A stretch of DNA of 64,000 nt from Octopus bimaculoides (lineage: Eukaryota): assembly GCF_001194135.2 (NCBI RefSeq), contig NC_068990.1, positions 92,158,514-92,222,513 on the forward strand. Direction: 5' to 3'. Below are positions 46,405-60,239 of this stretch, piece after piece. The first letter of the stretch is position 1, and every line of letters starts with the position of its first letter. A program made the position numbers and the translations under genes. The notes beneath the pieces are model-generated. The model saw nothing but the letters and a program-made list of their open reading frames with translations. It was not told the DNA's origin and searched no databases.

Positions 46405-46672
46405 TGAGCTGGCAGAAATGTTAGCATGCCGGGCGAAATGCTTAGTGGTATTTCATCTGTCTTTATGTTCTGAGTTCAAATTCCGCTGAGGTCGATCTTG
46501 CCTTTCATTCTCTCAGGGGCCAGTCGATTAGATTGACTCCAGTACACAACTGGTACTTAATTTATCAACCCTCGAAAGGATGAAAGGCAAAGTCGTCCTC
46601 AGCAGAATTTGAACTCAGAACGTAAAAACAGACGAAATACCACTAAGCATTTCGCCTAACATTTCTGCCAGC
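46405..46672. mobile_element. Tail-to-tail inverted pair of family M SINEs
   Basis: Plus copy about 46405-46515 and minus copy about 46520-46672 share complementary heads. Degenerate copies also occur at 47250-47900. Confidence 0.8.
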
Positions 46673-48774
46673 TAATGTTTCTATCCTAGATCAGTTTCTA
46701 ACATTGACAGAAAGAGACATGTTTGTAGAGTGAGAAAATGAATGAACCAAATTCCTTTGGTTATTCTGACCAAATAAATTTGACTGGGATTTATTTTATT
46801 GGCCCTGAAGAATGGAAAGCAAAGTTAAGTATTGTGAGATTTGAACTCAAAACGTAAAATTACATATCTAAATACCGCACATCATTTTAAATAATGTCCT
46901 GCTGATTCTGGTATCCCCCACCTATACTCATAGAAATGTATTGATTATATTCCAATATCAGAACAGTAATCGATTTTAAAACAGCTCTCTTTATTTTGTA
47001 TCATCTTAAAACAATAATTTTCATGAAAAGAAAAATTTTAATTTACTTGGTTATTTAAGCTCTGTTATTCAATAGTTTGATTTAATATTGGCAGTTTTTA
47101 ATAAAGTCTTTTAAATTTAAATTATAAAAATATGGAGCGAAAATAAGTTAACTGGTATATTTCTATAAACTGACAAAATGTTTCTAAAAATATAATAACT
47201 AATGTACTTTGTAGAATTTTAGAAGTGAATATGAAATTAATTACATAATTTCTAATTTGACACAAGGCCAGCAATTTTGAGGGGAGGGGTGGATGTCAGT
47301 CAATTAAATCAACTCCTAGTGCTTGACTGGTACTTTATTTCATCAAGTTTGAAAAGATGAAATGCAAAGTTGACCTCAATGGAATTTGAACTCAAAGCAT
47401 AAGGTTCCATAATTAAATACTGCTCTAACAATTCTGCTGATCTATCACCCTTAGTAATGGTTTCTTATTTAGTTCCAAGACCAACAGTTTTCAGGGGGAG
47501 AAGTTTAGTTGATTACATTGGTTCCAGTACAGGGCTAGTACTTTATTTTATTGATCCTGGAGGGGGGGGGGGATAAAAAGCAGAGTTGACTTCACCAAGA
47601 TTTGAACTCAGAACTCAAAGAGCTGCAACAAATACTACATGCTATAACAATCCCACCAGCTCACCACCTTTTTGCCACTCTTATTCATAATTTCTAATTT
47701 AGGCACAAAATCAACAATTCTGAGAAGAGGGGTTCAACCCCTCACTACTTGACTGATACTTAATTTATCAACACCCTCCTGAAGAATGGAAGGTAGAATT
47801 AACCTTGCAGGAATTTGAACTCTGCAGGCAAAGAATTGAAGAAAATATGGCAAAAGTATTTTGTTCAACACACTAATGATCCTGCCGTTACACCAGCTTT
47901 AATATTTTCTAACATTGGCACAAATCCAGGCATTTGTTGGAGGAGTGAGGACTTTTATAGTCTCAAAGCTGCATTGAACAAGTGCAATCTAACATGACCG
48001 CATTAATATCGTTTTCATTAAATTTTCTTGTGTATTAAATATACATTTATATTTAATATAATTATACTTTTTTATATATTCATGACACAGTAATGTATAG
48101 TTATATTAAATGTATATTTAATATACAAAAAAAAATTTATGAAAATGGTACTACAAGTTTTAAAGTGAGAAATAAAAATATAAACCTACTTCTTTCGATA
48201 ATTTTCAAACTTCACAAGAATGGTGGTGCACTGTTGCCAAATTTTCATTACACTATGAATTTAGCACAATTATATGTATTTATGCTATGCAGGAAATTTC
48301 TGTATTTGCATAAAACTGCAAATGAAAATTTCCTGTTTATGGAAATTTTTCTAGCAATTTAAGAACATTGGAATAAATACTGTGTAATGAATGATTTCTT
48401 TTTTTTTTTCCTTTTTAATACAAAATCGACTTCTTCCTGAAGGTTGTACTATTTATGGTTCATAGGATTTCCACTCTTGTTACAGTCAATTTAATTGATC
48501 CCAGCACTTGGCTTATACTTCTTCCATCAAACCCCGAACGATGAAAGGCAAAGTCAAACCCATCAAGATTTGAAGTAGGAATGTAAAGAAGCGTAACTAA
48601 AGAGAAATCTTTCAGCTCAGTACCCTACCATCTAAGCCATCATGCCACCTTTTAGTCTGTCTTAAAAGTGATAAGGTAGTCAGTTTAGATGGCCCAGTGT
48701 ATTACTGGTACGTATTTCTTAACACTATAAAGATGAAATGTAAAGTTGACACAACGAGGCATGTAGTTAAATAA

Positions 48775-49080
48775 TGCACTTCACTGTTGCTGTTTGGATG
48801 GTGTTTTTTACGTACCACCGGCACAGAAGCCAGTCAAAGCGACTCTGGCATCAGCCACGTTTGGATGCTGCTTTTTACATGCTACCAGCACAGAGGTCAC
48901 AACTACAATTTCCATTTGATTTGATTTTGATATTGCTGTTGATATTACTTGACTCAATAAGTCTTCTCAAGCACGGCATGTTGCCCTACAATCCCAGGTA
49001 CTTTTGAGTGGGCTGGTTACGTGACACTGGTGCAGGTTACAGCTGTGGACTCAACTTTATTTGCCGGGGCTTCTCAGTCA
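48775..49080 (-). mobile_element. Family R copy (upstream part of the 3' UTR)
   Basis: Reverse complement of the 31370-31600 sequence (CTCAAAAGTACCT..., GGAAATTG.AGTTGTGA...). Confidence 0.75.
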
Positions 49081-51159
49081 CAGTCAATTAATAATAAAAA
49101 AGTTTCAAAATATTAACGACTGAAATTTTTTGAAATTTTAGCTAATCAGATTCATTCATTCCTCAACATTACAGAAATTCATAATTTGTTATTTGTGTTT
49201 GCTGCCAAACCAACAAGATGAAGCTATCATAGACATCAGGCTAGTTTGATGGTTCAGAGCTGGAGTTTAGGGTGTAGGATTGGGGTCTGCTATGCATCAT
49301 AACAGTTTCATTGTAAATGTTAATGTGTCATTTTCTTTCATTAAATATTTTCATCTTCAAAGGTTTTGTTCAAAACAACAAGTTGTAATTTTCATAACAG
49401 CACATCTTGAAGGAAAAGTTAAAAACATGACACTTTCCATAATGTCACTGAGGCATATTGGAAGTGGATGCAACTGGTTAGCTAAAATTACAAAACATTT
49501 CAATCTTTAAAGGTTTATATTCAACAGCACAGCTGACGGGTGGTGGGCAATTGGGGCAGTCCACCTCAGGTGGCACTTTTATCGGAACAGTGCTTTTGGG
49601 ACTGCTGAATACATACATGCATGCATGCATACATACATACATACATACATACGTGAAGACAGTTGCATCAAGAAATGCCAATCTTTTGTTGTGGAGGGAA
49701 TGTGTGGAAGACATGGGACAAAGTGGTAAGATAAGATATTCACATGCTGGGCCTCACTGAGGGAATGACAGGGGACTGAGACTTCTGGCAGTTTGCTGTG
49801 ATTGAGAAGACATGCCAAGCTAAGCCTCTATAGGAAGTGATGTGAGGTGGGGGGATTCAAAGGCTGCTCTGAGTTTCACACAATTTATCAATGTCACCGT
49901 TTATATTATTAATTGTTCTCAAAAAAGAATTATTGTGATTTTTCATAATTGGTTTGAAAAAAAAGTATAAAAACCGGATCCTGTTTATTAAAATGAAAAG
50001 AATTTTGAATTCTCCAATTCACCAGTTCAGACCAAAATTCTTGCAAAACAAATTTTTAAAAACTGCATAAGATAACATGTTACAATAAGCACATTATAAT
50101 ACACAAAATTACCAATTGTATCATAGGGGAAATTTATGCCATGTTTGGATCTAGAAATAATCCTTAGATAGGTAGACATCTTAGATTCTTTTATTCAGGA
50201 ATTTGTTTCTTAGAATAAAACTAATTGACAAATATATTAATGCAACAGATTATATATAACCAATAGAAAAAGGTATGACAGGGAAAAACTGGGAAGTTAA
50301 GAAGCTCATTTTGCAACCAGATGGTTTGGGGTTCAGTCCCATGGCATGGCACCTTAGGCAAGTGTCTTCTGCAATAATATTGCCCATGCCAGGATGGAAA
50401 ATGAACATTAAATGGTGATGATGATGATGATGATGATGATATGTATTTATGTGTACCTTTGTACTTGTGCTTGTTCTCCTCTTCTGCTTGACAGCCAGTG
50501 TTGGTTTGTTTACTTCCCAGTAACTAAGCAGGTAGGCAAAATAGACTGATGGAATAGGTAGCAGTCTTCAAAAAAAAAATAATAAAATAATAAATAAGTA
50601 CTAGAGTTGATTTATTCAAATAAAACTCTGCAAGGCAGTGCCCCAGTATGGCCAAAGGATCAAAAGAAAGACAGTTTAGCTCTTACTATATCATAGTTCT
50701 CATGGCATTCAGAATCTATTCAAACATTCTATTAAATAGTACTGTGTTAAGACAAACTAACTTACATATCAGATGTGGCGTTTGTGTTGTTAACACAAGA
50801 GAGGACCACCTAAATGTTTCCGTTGGTTTATAATATTAAAAAAAAAAGAGGAAAAAAGGACGCTCACTTTATCATGTCATTGCTTAACTTCTACTACTTA
50901 ACCAGTGACACTTTCATTTGTAAAACCTAGATAACCAAAAGGTCAGCTTAAGCATTTCAAATTGTACTTAATTGCAATTAACATATATGTTAAATTATCT
51001 AACAGCTGTCCTGTACATTCACTAAAAAAAATTTAATATCAAGTGACATTCACAGCATACAAAATACACAGGTGGCGGGGCACTCCTTGAACCACTGCAC
51101 ATAAAACATATCTTTATAAGCATTTCAGTACACAAGAAGCTCATAATATATATCATCAT

Positions 51160-51629
51160 TATCATCATCATCATCATCATCATCTTTTAATGTCTGCTTT
51201 CCATGCTAGCATGGGTTGGACGATTTGACTGGGGACTAACATCCCAGAAGGCTGCACCAGGCTCCAATCTGATCTGGCAGAGTTTCTACAGTTGGATGCT
51301 CTTCCTAATGCCAACCACTCCAAGAGTGTAGTGGGTGCTTTTACGTGCCACTGGCACGAAGGCCAGTTACACGGTACTGGCAATGGCCACGCTCAAAAAG
51401 GTGTTTTTTAAAAGCCACCAGCACAGGAGCCAGTCAAGCGGCACTGGCAACGACCTCGCTCGAATGATTTTCTAACGTGCCACCAGCACAAGTGCTGGAA
51501 GGCAACGCTGGTAACGATTACGCTCAAATGGTGCTATTTATGGGCCACTAGCACGGAAGCCAGACAACTGCTCTGGCAATGAACACGCTCGGACAGTGCT
51601 GTTAGTGCTCCACTGGCACAGGTGCCAGT
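51160..51629 (-). mobile_element. Family R copy with expanded tandem units, truncated by an N gap
   Basis: (CAT)n tail followed by about five GTGCCAC.RGCAC-containing units. Confidence 0.85.
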
Positions 51630-51848
51630 NNNNNNNNNNNNNNNNNNNNNNNNNNNNNNNNNNNNNNNNNNNNNNNNNNNNNNNNNNNNNNNNNNNNNNN
51701 NNNNNNNNNNNNNNNNNNNNNNNNNNNNNNNNNNNNNNNNNNNNNNNNNNNNNNNNNNNNNNNNNNNNNNNNNNNNNNNNNNNNNNNNNNNNNNNNNNNN
51801 NNNNNNNNNNNNNNNNNNNNNNNNNNNNNNNNNNNNNNNNNNNNNNNN
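51630..51848. other. Assembly gap (219 N)
   Basis: N run between a tandem-unit array and a TA microsatellite. Confidence 0.99.
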
Positions 51849-51892
<44 letters not shown>

Positions 51893-51915
51893 TATCTATC
51901 TATCTGTCTGTTTAT

Positions 51916-52290
51916 CTATCTATCTATCTCTTCAAATGCTTTTACTCCCCTCCACAATTTTGTTCGCCATCCAACTCGATCCAAAGCAAGGGTTTCTATG
52001 TCCGCTGGATCCATTCCAAGGGATTTCATAGTAGTCCTTACGCTGTCCTTAAACATTTTTGTAGGTTTACGCCGATAGCGTTTCCCCTCTGCAAGCTCAC
52101 CATAAAACAGCTGTTTGGGCATGCGTTCATCTGCCATTCGAACAATATGGCCACACCATCCCATTTGGTTCCTCAAAATCATAGCTTTAATTGAGGTGAT
52201 GCCTGCAGATGCAAGGACATCTGCGTTTGGAGTAAAAGAACTCCATTTAATGTTTAAAATGCAACGAAGGCATTTTTGGTGGAATTGTTC
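51916..52290 (-). mobile_element. RTE (BovB-like) LINE 3' ORF end
   Basis: LEQFHQKCLRCILNIKW....N.DVL..AGITSI.AMI.RNQM.WCGHIVRMADERMPKQLFYGEL..GKR.R.KP...FKD. Ends at a TA/CTAT microsatellite next to an N gap. Confidence 0.88.
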
Positions 52291-52702
52291 TAGCAATTTA
52301 TTCATACACATACATATCTACATACATACACGCGTACACACATTTATGCATGCAACTAAACATTCATACATACACATGCATATACATACATGCATATATA
52401 TATATGTTGGCAAGTAAAAATACATGCACACATACATACACACAACTCTAAACTGTGCTCTTCGACAGGAGTACAGACGGTGTGTGTGTAGTGTACTCTG
52501 TCAGGGAAGGATGCCGATAGGAAGAAACTGTTATGGAAGTGTTAGAAATATGGTTGAGATAGGATTACTTTGCAAAACATTCCTTTTGAGGGAGTGATTC
52601 ATGTTTATGTGGAAGTTAACTTGGCAGAAAATATATGTCTGAGTGACGCCCTGCAAGAGGACAGACAGACAAACAACAAATTCATCGAAATGGAGGAATG
52701 TG

Positions 52703-52704
<2 letters not shown>

Positions 52705-52740
<36 letters not shown>

Positions 52741-53003
52741 CATGTATATGTATGTATAACAGATAAATAAATAGATAGTTAGATAGAGAGATAGATATGA
52801 GACAGATACATACATATGAGATAGACAGATATGAGATAGATAGATAGATAGATAGAAGATAGATAGATAGAAGATAGATAGACAGACGGATGGACAGACA
52901 GACAGACAGATAGATAGACATAAAGAGATAGATAGATAGAGAGGTAGATAGATAGATAGATAGGCAGACAGATAGATAGATAGATATGAGACAGATACAT
53001 GTG

Positions 53004-53050
<47 letters not shown>

Positions 53051-53058
53051 TAGACAGC

Positions 53059-53094
<36 letters not shown>

Positions 53095-53120
53095 CAGACA
53101 GATAGATAGATAGACATATA
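52705..53120 (+). repeat. Compound (CA)n + (TAGA/CAGA)n microsatellite
   Basis: Directly visible. Other compound TG/TATG tracts at about 41330-41610, 61390-61600 and 62390-62670. Confidence 0.95.
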
Positions 53121-53583
53121 CATATTATTTGTTCGTGGGTGGTGGGAAGATGAAATCACTGGCTGAGTCTTTAAGTGTTATCTTTCCTTAAGATATTGTG
53201 AATTGGTTAGCACCAGAGGATCACTGACAGATGATAAATCGTTTATATTGACTTAAACTTTGATAAAATATATATGAAGTAATTTATATAGCAAATAAAG
53301 ATAACTGATAAGGAACTGTGGTTCTGATGAGACATCTAACCCTGCCTTCTACGTACTGATGCACATTTTTAAAATTATGAAATGGGAGTGAGTGGGGGTG
53401 GCCATGGACTTATAGAACTCCTGCTGATTCCCATGCAAATATCTACCACACAACTCCCACCCCTTCTCTCTTTCTGTCTCCCTTTCTCACTCATACTTTT
53501 TCTCTTTCTCTGTTTGATTCTTATTTTCTCTCTCTCTTATTTCATCCAGCTGTCCCTTAGCTCCCTCTTTCTCCTCTCTCTTC

Positions 53584-53616
<33 letters not shown>

Positions 53617-53751
53617 ATCTTTCTCTAGTTTTCTGTCTACTTTTTTTATTTGTTTTGTAGTTGCTCACTCTCCTTGTCACTTTCTGTATATCGCCCTCTC
53701 TTTATCACACACACTCTCTCTAAATTTCTCCTTCTCCTCCTCCTCACACAC

Positions 53752-53793
<42 letters not shown>

Positions 53794-54141
53794 AGTGTTG
53801 TACCCTGGGTACTCTGAAAGCTTTACATAAGACAGCACACTCTTTCCTCACTTAAGATAGTAGTTTATGATTTGAGGGAGAGTTGTCTACTATTTCTCAA
53901 GGTTTGAATGATGAGATGGTCAAGGCTTGAGTGCTTTGTATAATAGGTCCACTCAGTCAGAATGGACAACAACAATGACAATGTACAGTTGTGACGAAGA
54001 GGTGAGTCAGAAGGAAAGGGCTGTGATGTTATTGGTCAAGGGACCTGACCAGATCAGGAAAGGTGAGTGAAGAAGCAAGGGAAGGAAGACTAGGGTTGTC
54101 CTCTTTTGCCTTAGGGCACTCGCAGCAAACAGCATGCAGCT

Positions 54142-54186
<45 letters not shown>

Positions 54187-54742
54187 TGCACACACACAGA
54201 GTTGTGTGCATACATATACAGCAGGCTTCTTTCAGTTTCCATCTACCAAATCCACTCACAAGGTTTTGGTTGGCCCGAGACTATAGTAGAAGACGCTTGC
54301 CCAAGGTGCTATGCAATGGGAATGAACCTGAAACCATGTGGCTGAGACGTAAATTTCTTAACCATACAAGTCACACCTGCACCACCTATCTAATCAACAT
54401 TTTGAGGTTGTAATAATTTCATCAGATTAATTATGATAAAAACAATTTTCACACAACGAACAACCACTTCTTACAATTTATCTCGTTAGCCATTTCTGCC
54501 ATCCTGCTACTTCATTACCAATGATTATTTTTGTTTTGTTTTTTTCTGTTTAAGTCTACCAACTCATGCAAGAAAATACAGAATTCTCAAAAGCAAATTA
54601 CATTAGTCTTCAAATGATATTATAATAAATATATATGTTTTTTTTTTATTATTAATTTCTGAAAATAAAAACATAATTGCTGAATAAGGTGTAATGTTTC
54701 TGCCTCCCTCCTGAGCTCTCTCTGTCTCTCTCTCTCTCTCTG

Positions 54743-54828
<86 letters not shown>

Positions 54829-56325
54829 AGTTTTGATATTGTTGAGAAAATATTTCTTCAAAAGAAAGAAAGCAAATCAAACATTTCAAATTTCAAAATA
54901 TAAAATATGACCAACTGGAAACTTCATTATTCTATGCGTTATTAATGAACGAATAGCCAGAAAATGTGCTTTCTATTAGGTTATGCATGAATGAGCAGCC
55001 ATGTTGTGTCATGTGACTGTGTACCACCACCAACCGTTATGTTTCTCAACAAGTATGGCACTGGTGGTGGTGGTGGTGGCAGCGGTGGTGGTGATGATGA
55101 TGGTAGTGGTAAAAGTGGTAATGGTAATGGTGGCAGAAGAACTGGTATAGGTTGATATCTAAGGGGGGGGGGGGGGGTGAGAAATACTTTTTATTTTAAA
55201 ATCTGAAGGGGGAAAAACTTTAATTCTTCATTTCCGGCACTTTCCAAAAGAATAATATAATATTGAAGCAGGAAAATATAAATATGATAGAGTAGATGAT
55301 ACCTTATCTAGATTTCACTGGAAGACCACCAGACATTCCGTTTTGAGGTGAGATAATATGTTGTCTTATCATTTGTGGAGGGTCAGGTGTTTACTGTAAA
55401 ATTAAGCAGCATGTAAGCCTCAACCCCACACAAGAATGTTTGAGTGGCATTGATTTTGTATTTTGTAAGATTTATCCATGAAAAAAAAAAAAAAAGAGTG
55501 AATATAAGTTTTAGTAGCCATGATCTAAGACTGAAGAGGTTGTGAGACATGATCTGTGGTTCAATGTGTGCAGAGTGGGACCCAAGGACAGTGTGGACTT
55601 CAGTGAAGATACCAAAAGAGCAAGATGTTGTTGTTGTTGTTGCTGCTCAGCTCTAGGTCAGCTCCAGATATCTAATATTATGTCATCCAATATATTTTTA
55701 CATTTCTTTTTGAAGAAGTCAGGATGTGAGAAAAGGGAAAGTTGGTTGCTGTTTGTTATGGATTGAGTCTTTTTTTATTGACTTGTTTTCTTGTGATGCT
55801 GAACTGGGCAGTTCCACTAGCTGGGTCTTCCCTTCTGGCATCGTGGAAACCAAGCAAATTAAGTACAGCTTTAACATGTCTAAATCAACATCATTCTTTT
55901 TACATTATTTTCCATATTGATGTGGGTTGGATGAGATGTTTTCATGCAAGCTGGATGCTTTTCTTGATACCAGCTTCTTCTGACATGCGTTGTACCTATC
56001 CTAAAAACTGCAAAACATGCAGCTCTGTAGGAAGGAAGGAGGCACTATTCTGTGTATGTTATGCATACGTGCATATATGCACACGTGCATATATGCACAT
56101 GCGTTTCAAAAGCAACACATAAAAAAAATTAGTGTACACACAAGAAATGTGTTCACAAAAGATTAATTACTTGAAATAAAGGAGTAATTCAGGATTTTAT
56201 TTATTAGATGTTCAGTATGTACATGTGTATCATAGGAAAAAAAACATCCGCACAGCATAAGATTTTGGAACGCATTGACTTCTGAACACTAAAGAGAACT
56301 TTGAACGAAGGTAGTGTTGGGGTTT

Positions 56326-56623
56326 GTGTAAACATTTGTGAGAAAAGTGTAAACATTAGGGGAAGGTAGTGTAAGCATTACAGGGAAGTAGGGTAAACAT
56401 TGGAGTGAAGTAATGTAAACATTAAAGAGGGGTAGTGTAAATAATGTATGGAGGTAGAATAAACATTGGGGGAAGGTAATGTAAATGTTGAAGAGATGTA
56501 GGGAAAATATTGGAGGGGAAACAGTGTAAACACTGGAGGTAGACAGTGTAAACTTTGTGAAACAGAAAGTGTAAATATTGGAGGGAAACAGTGTAAACAT
56601 TGGACACAGATAATGTAAACAAC
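56326..56623 (+). repeat. 22-bp minisatellite, 14 units, conserved GTAAACATT core
   Basis: Unit starts at 56326, 56347, 56369, 56391, 56413, 56435, 56457, 56479, 56501, 56524, 56546, 56569, 56591 and 56613. Confidence 0.9.
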
Positions 56624-56850
56624 TTCATGAATAAACTCTTGCAATTTGTCCCATGATGTTTATTAATGACAGAAATAATGATTCCATACTTATGTATAAA
56701 GTGAATAATTATGGCAAGGATGGTGCTTCTCAAATCGATTTACTGTCACCACTTTTGTTTTCCTAACACATTTTTAATGACTTCTTTCTGTGATTCAACA
56801 CTTCTTTTCTCATCTTTAATATATATATATATTATTAGGTCATAGGGATA

Positions 56851-57070
56851 GATGAGTGGTTGGTGAGAGCTGTGCGAGCCATGTACAGGGACACTATCGG
56901 TAAGGTGAGGGTTGGCAATGAGTACAGCAAAGAATTCAGGGTACAAATAGGGGGTTCAGCAAGGATCGGTCCTCGGCCCCCTCTTGTTCATCATAGTCTT
57001 CCAGGCAATAACAGGGGAATTTAAGACAGGCTGCCCTTGGGAGCTCCTCTATGCTGTTGACCTTATTCTT
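56851..57070 (+). mobile_element. RTE-clade LINE RT core fragment
   Basis: VRAMY......VRVGNEYS.EF.V..GVQQGSVLGPLLFIIV......GCPWELLYAVDL: the QG..LSP and YADD motifs, with the latter mutated to YAVD. Confidence 0.85.
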
Positions 57071-57120
57071 ATAGGTGGTGGTGGTGGCGGCGGCGGCGGC
57101 GGCAGTGGTGGTGGTGATGG

Positions 57121-57155
<35 letters not shown>

Positions 57156-57934
57156 CTAATGCTGATGATGATGATTAAGACAAAGTCAATGGCCAAGTGG
57201 TGAATTTGAAGTGAAAATTTAAAGGTGCATAACTCGATACTGATTAAGATTTAGTTGAGCCTTTCACCATTTTCACTTCTCTACGATCTTCCTCTTGAAC
57301 AAAATAATGAGTTGTATCATTGGCTTCACCAGTGAATTGAGGAAAAGAGAAAGAAAGTTCTCAGGCTCTGTTTCAGCCTATCAAATTCTTCATTCAATTA
57401 CCAACAAGGAATTCAACAGAGAATTTGGAGGGTTGAAACTAAAGATTTGTTACAACTCCTTAAACAGAGTTTTAGGAGAGGCAACATACCAATTTTTGTG
57501 GGTGGAGTTCTGGCAGAGGGAATATTGTTGAATGACTGAACTCTGGTATATTATTATCATTACATATTTTACCAACCCCTGAGAGATATAATACAGTCAC
57601 GCCTAAGTCAAAAGACCAAAGGACCAAAATAAATAGAGAATGGCATTTGATTCTGTGCTGAGTGACATGAACCATTTTTAAAAATAGAAATATTTTAAAG
57701 TTCAGTTATATTATTTCAAATTATATTGTGCTCTTCTGAATTTTCTGGGAACTCCCTTAATTATGTAAACCTTCTTCAATAATTGGAAATCAAGTTTGTT
57801 CCAGAGGATTTTGCTTTTACTATTTTCACAGATATAATGGCTTGTAACATTCGATCCATCGAAACCTAAACTTCTTTCGATTAATCGCTTCAGACATCCT
57901 TTCATGCCATCAGTTTCGATGGATGGTATCAACT

Positions 57935-58385
57935 TCCCTGAGTCAATCTCTTTGTCTTCCAGGAGTGACTTTCTGTTATGACTTTTCTTGGAGGACTTAC
58001 ACTGGATCTACTGCCAAATCAGTTGCAATGAAGGCAGGCTCACTCCTGAGGCTATTCTTTCTCTTCATAAGTCCACCATTCGCCCCTGCATTGTGTACTG
58101 TTGTCATGTATGGGCAGGTACTTCTGTGCATTCTATCCGATTCCTCTTATGCCCAGTCTTTCTCTCACCACATTTGTAGTCCATCAATCATGCAGACTGA
58201 CACTGCACATCCAGCAGAGCAGGTCTGCTTCATTTCCTTCTAATCTTCAAAGGTCCTTCAGATTCAGGACCCACCCACGCAACATTACTGCAATGCATTG
58301 CAGTTTGTGCACAAGCCTCATACAGACTACCTTTCACCCTGAAAGAGAAACCTTTTATTACCAATAGCAGTAATAGATCCCTAAA
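57935..58385 (+). mobile_element. CR1/L2-group LINE 3' fragment
   Basis: LTPEAILSLHKSTIRPCIVYCCHVWAG resembles the LYKS.IRP.MEYC.H.W.G motif. Frameshifted. Confidence 0.7.
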
Positions 58386-58389
58386 TTTT

Positions 58390-58690
58390 CCTCATTCTGC
58401 TTTTACACTTGCTATTAGAATTTCAGAATGTCCTCCTCCACAACAAATTAGGTCACCTAGATAACAGAAGCTACCAACTGTCTCTAGGGATCCTCCTGGG
58501 TATTTGAGGGTATCTATTTCTACTGTACTCTTAAAGTTCGTTGCTCCAGTGCATCTGTCACCCACAGAGTTTGCTTTCTCTGTTAACCTACCTATGACTG
58601 CACTGCACCTCCTGGGTGTCCAGAGTTTGCATTGAGTGCACTGTATCAAATGTCTACCCACTCCTTTTCTACATATCAAGTAAAGTCATT
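58390..58690 (-). mobile_element. RTE-clade LINE fragment (Cys-rich insert plus post-RT LE.V..F.YLG motif)
   Basis: CRKGVGRHLIQCTQCKLW...RCS...GRL and LETVGSFCYLGDLI..GGG.SE. Confidence 0.75.
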
Positions 58691-59678
58691 TCTCTGATGG
58701 TAACAGACTTCTGTCTGTTTTGTGTATGTGTGTGTGTGTGTGCATGCATATGTGTGTGTATACATACATACACATATATATACAAACATACATATATACA
58801 TCTTACATACATGCATATATACATCTTAAATACATGCATATATACACACACACACAGTCTTATTCATATTGCAGGATTTTATGAATAAAAGCAAAAATCA
58901 AAATAAAAAGAGAAACAAAATCCATAATACATTTTGGCTGAGTCTTTCAGAAACTTTGTGGTTTCTCTATGATTCTCAAAGCAGAAAACTTGTTCAGATT
59001 CCTGAGCATTTTCCCAAACACCTGTTAATTGGCATATCATGGAGGAACCGATAAGAATAGGAGCCACAAGGGCTGGATATTATCATCATCATCACTACCA
59101 CCATCATCACCATTAATAAAGCATATCATCTTCATTGCTGCTGCTGCTGCTGTTGTTGTTGTTGTTGTTGTTATCAAATGAATATAAAAGATGTAAGCGC
59201 AGTTGGAGTCTGCTTAAGTAATAAACATCTCTCCTCCTCCTCCTCTCTCACATAAAACTTTAATGCTGTAGTAATGATAACAGCAGACTTTCTTGCAATG
59301 ATTGAATTTCCCAAATTCCTATTGTTGTTGTAAATATTATTGATGTTTTTTTTTAGCAGTTGCTATTGTTGTTGTTTCTGTTATTCTTTTCGTTTTTGCA
59401 GTTGCTGTAGCTGTTATATTTAAATAAACAAAGCTCACACACACACAACGTTCCTGCTTTCTACAGTAAATGCCTTATGGCATTCAATGTTGTTAAAGCA
59501 GAGAGATAAAGCTAGAGCTAAGTGTGTGTTTCCATTAGCAAAGCTCATTAATGTGATTATATTAGAGGGAGATAGGCTCAGCTAAACCCTCTAATTACTG
59601 CTACTACTACTACAAGCACCACCACCATCTTCCTCCTTCTCATCATCATCATCGTAGTGGTGGTGGTGGTGGTTGTTA

Positions 59679-59731
<53 letters not shown>

Positions 59732-60239
59732 TATTATTCATGTCTTCAGTGATGGATGAGGCATTTCAGTTCCTGGAAAACAATCTTACAAATATTCAAA
59801 GCTAACAAACACCAAGTGAGAATGTCTATAATAATATCTACATATTCTACAATTGTTATTTTCTGGAATATATCAGTGTACATCATCATACTGAACCAAT
59901 TTTCTGCAGAGTATTTTCAGTTAAGGGTAAGTTACGGCACTTGCAACCTTTACAGTTAACTTCTTTCTTCATCGTTGAAAAAAGAAACCTCAACCTGAAA
60001 CAATGAATCAAATAAATATAATACCAAAGGAACTATGATACACAAAACTTTTCATTAAAAAAATCAAAGCATAATATAAAGAATACAGCAGAAAGCCGAG
60101 TTCCTCTAAAAGTGAAGTTTCTCAACCAGACATCAACTAACCACAGCATTAAAACCTGGGAAATAACTCAACACGACTCAGATTAGAACATGATGCTCTT
60201 AACTTGATGAAGAGCATAAAATTCTCAAAAGCAATCTGA

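Noticed and set aside
53305-53330. Hammerhead-like CTGATAA-GGAAC[TGTG]GTTCT
   Set aside because: The core is mutated and no GAAA or stem III follows.
55500-56040. Possible coding exon in non-repetitive sequence
   Set aside because: Frames after the candidate minus-strand acceptor close quickly, and the plus-strand ORFs have no recognisable motifs or partner exons.
56326-56623. CRISPR-like array (constant core with variable spacers)
   Set aside because: Eukaryotic context, core of only ~10 bp, spacers related to one another, and no cas genes. It is a minisatellite.
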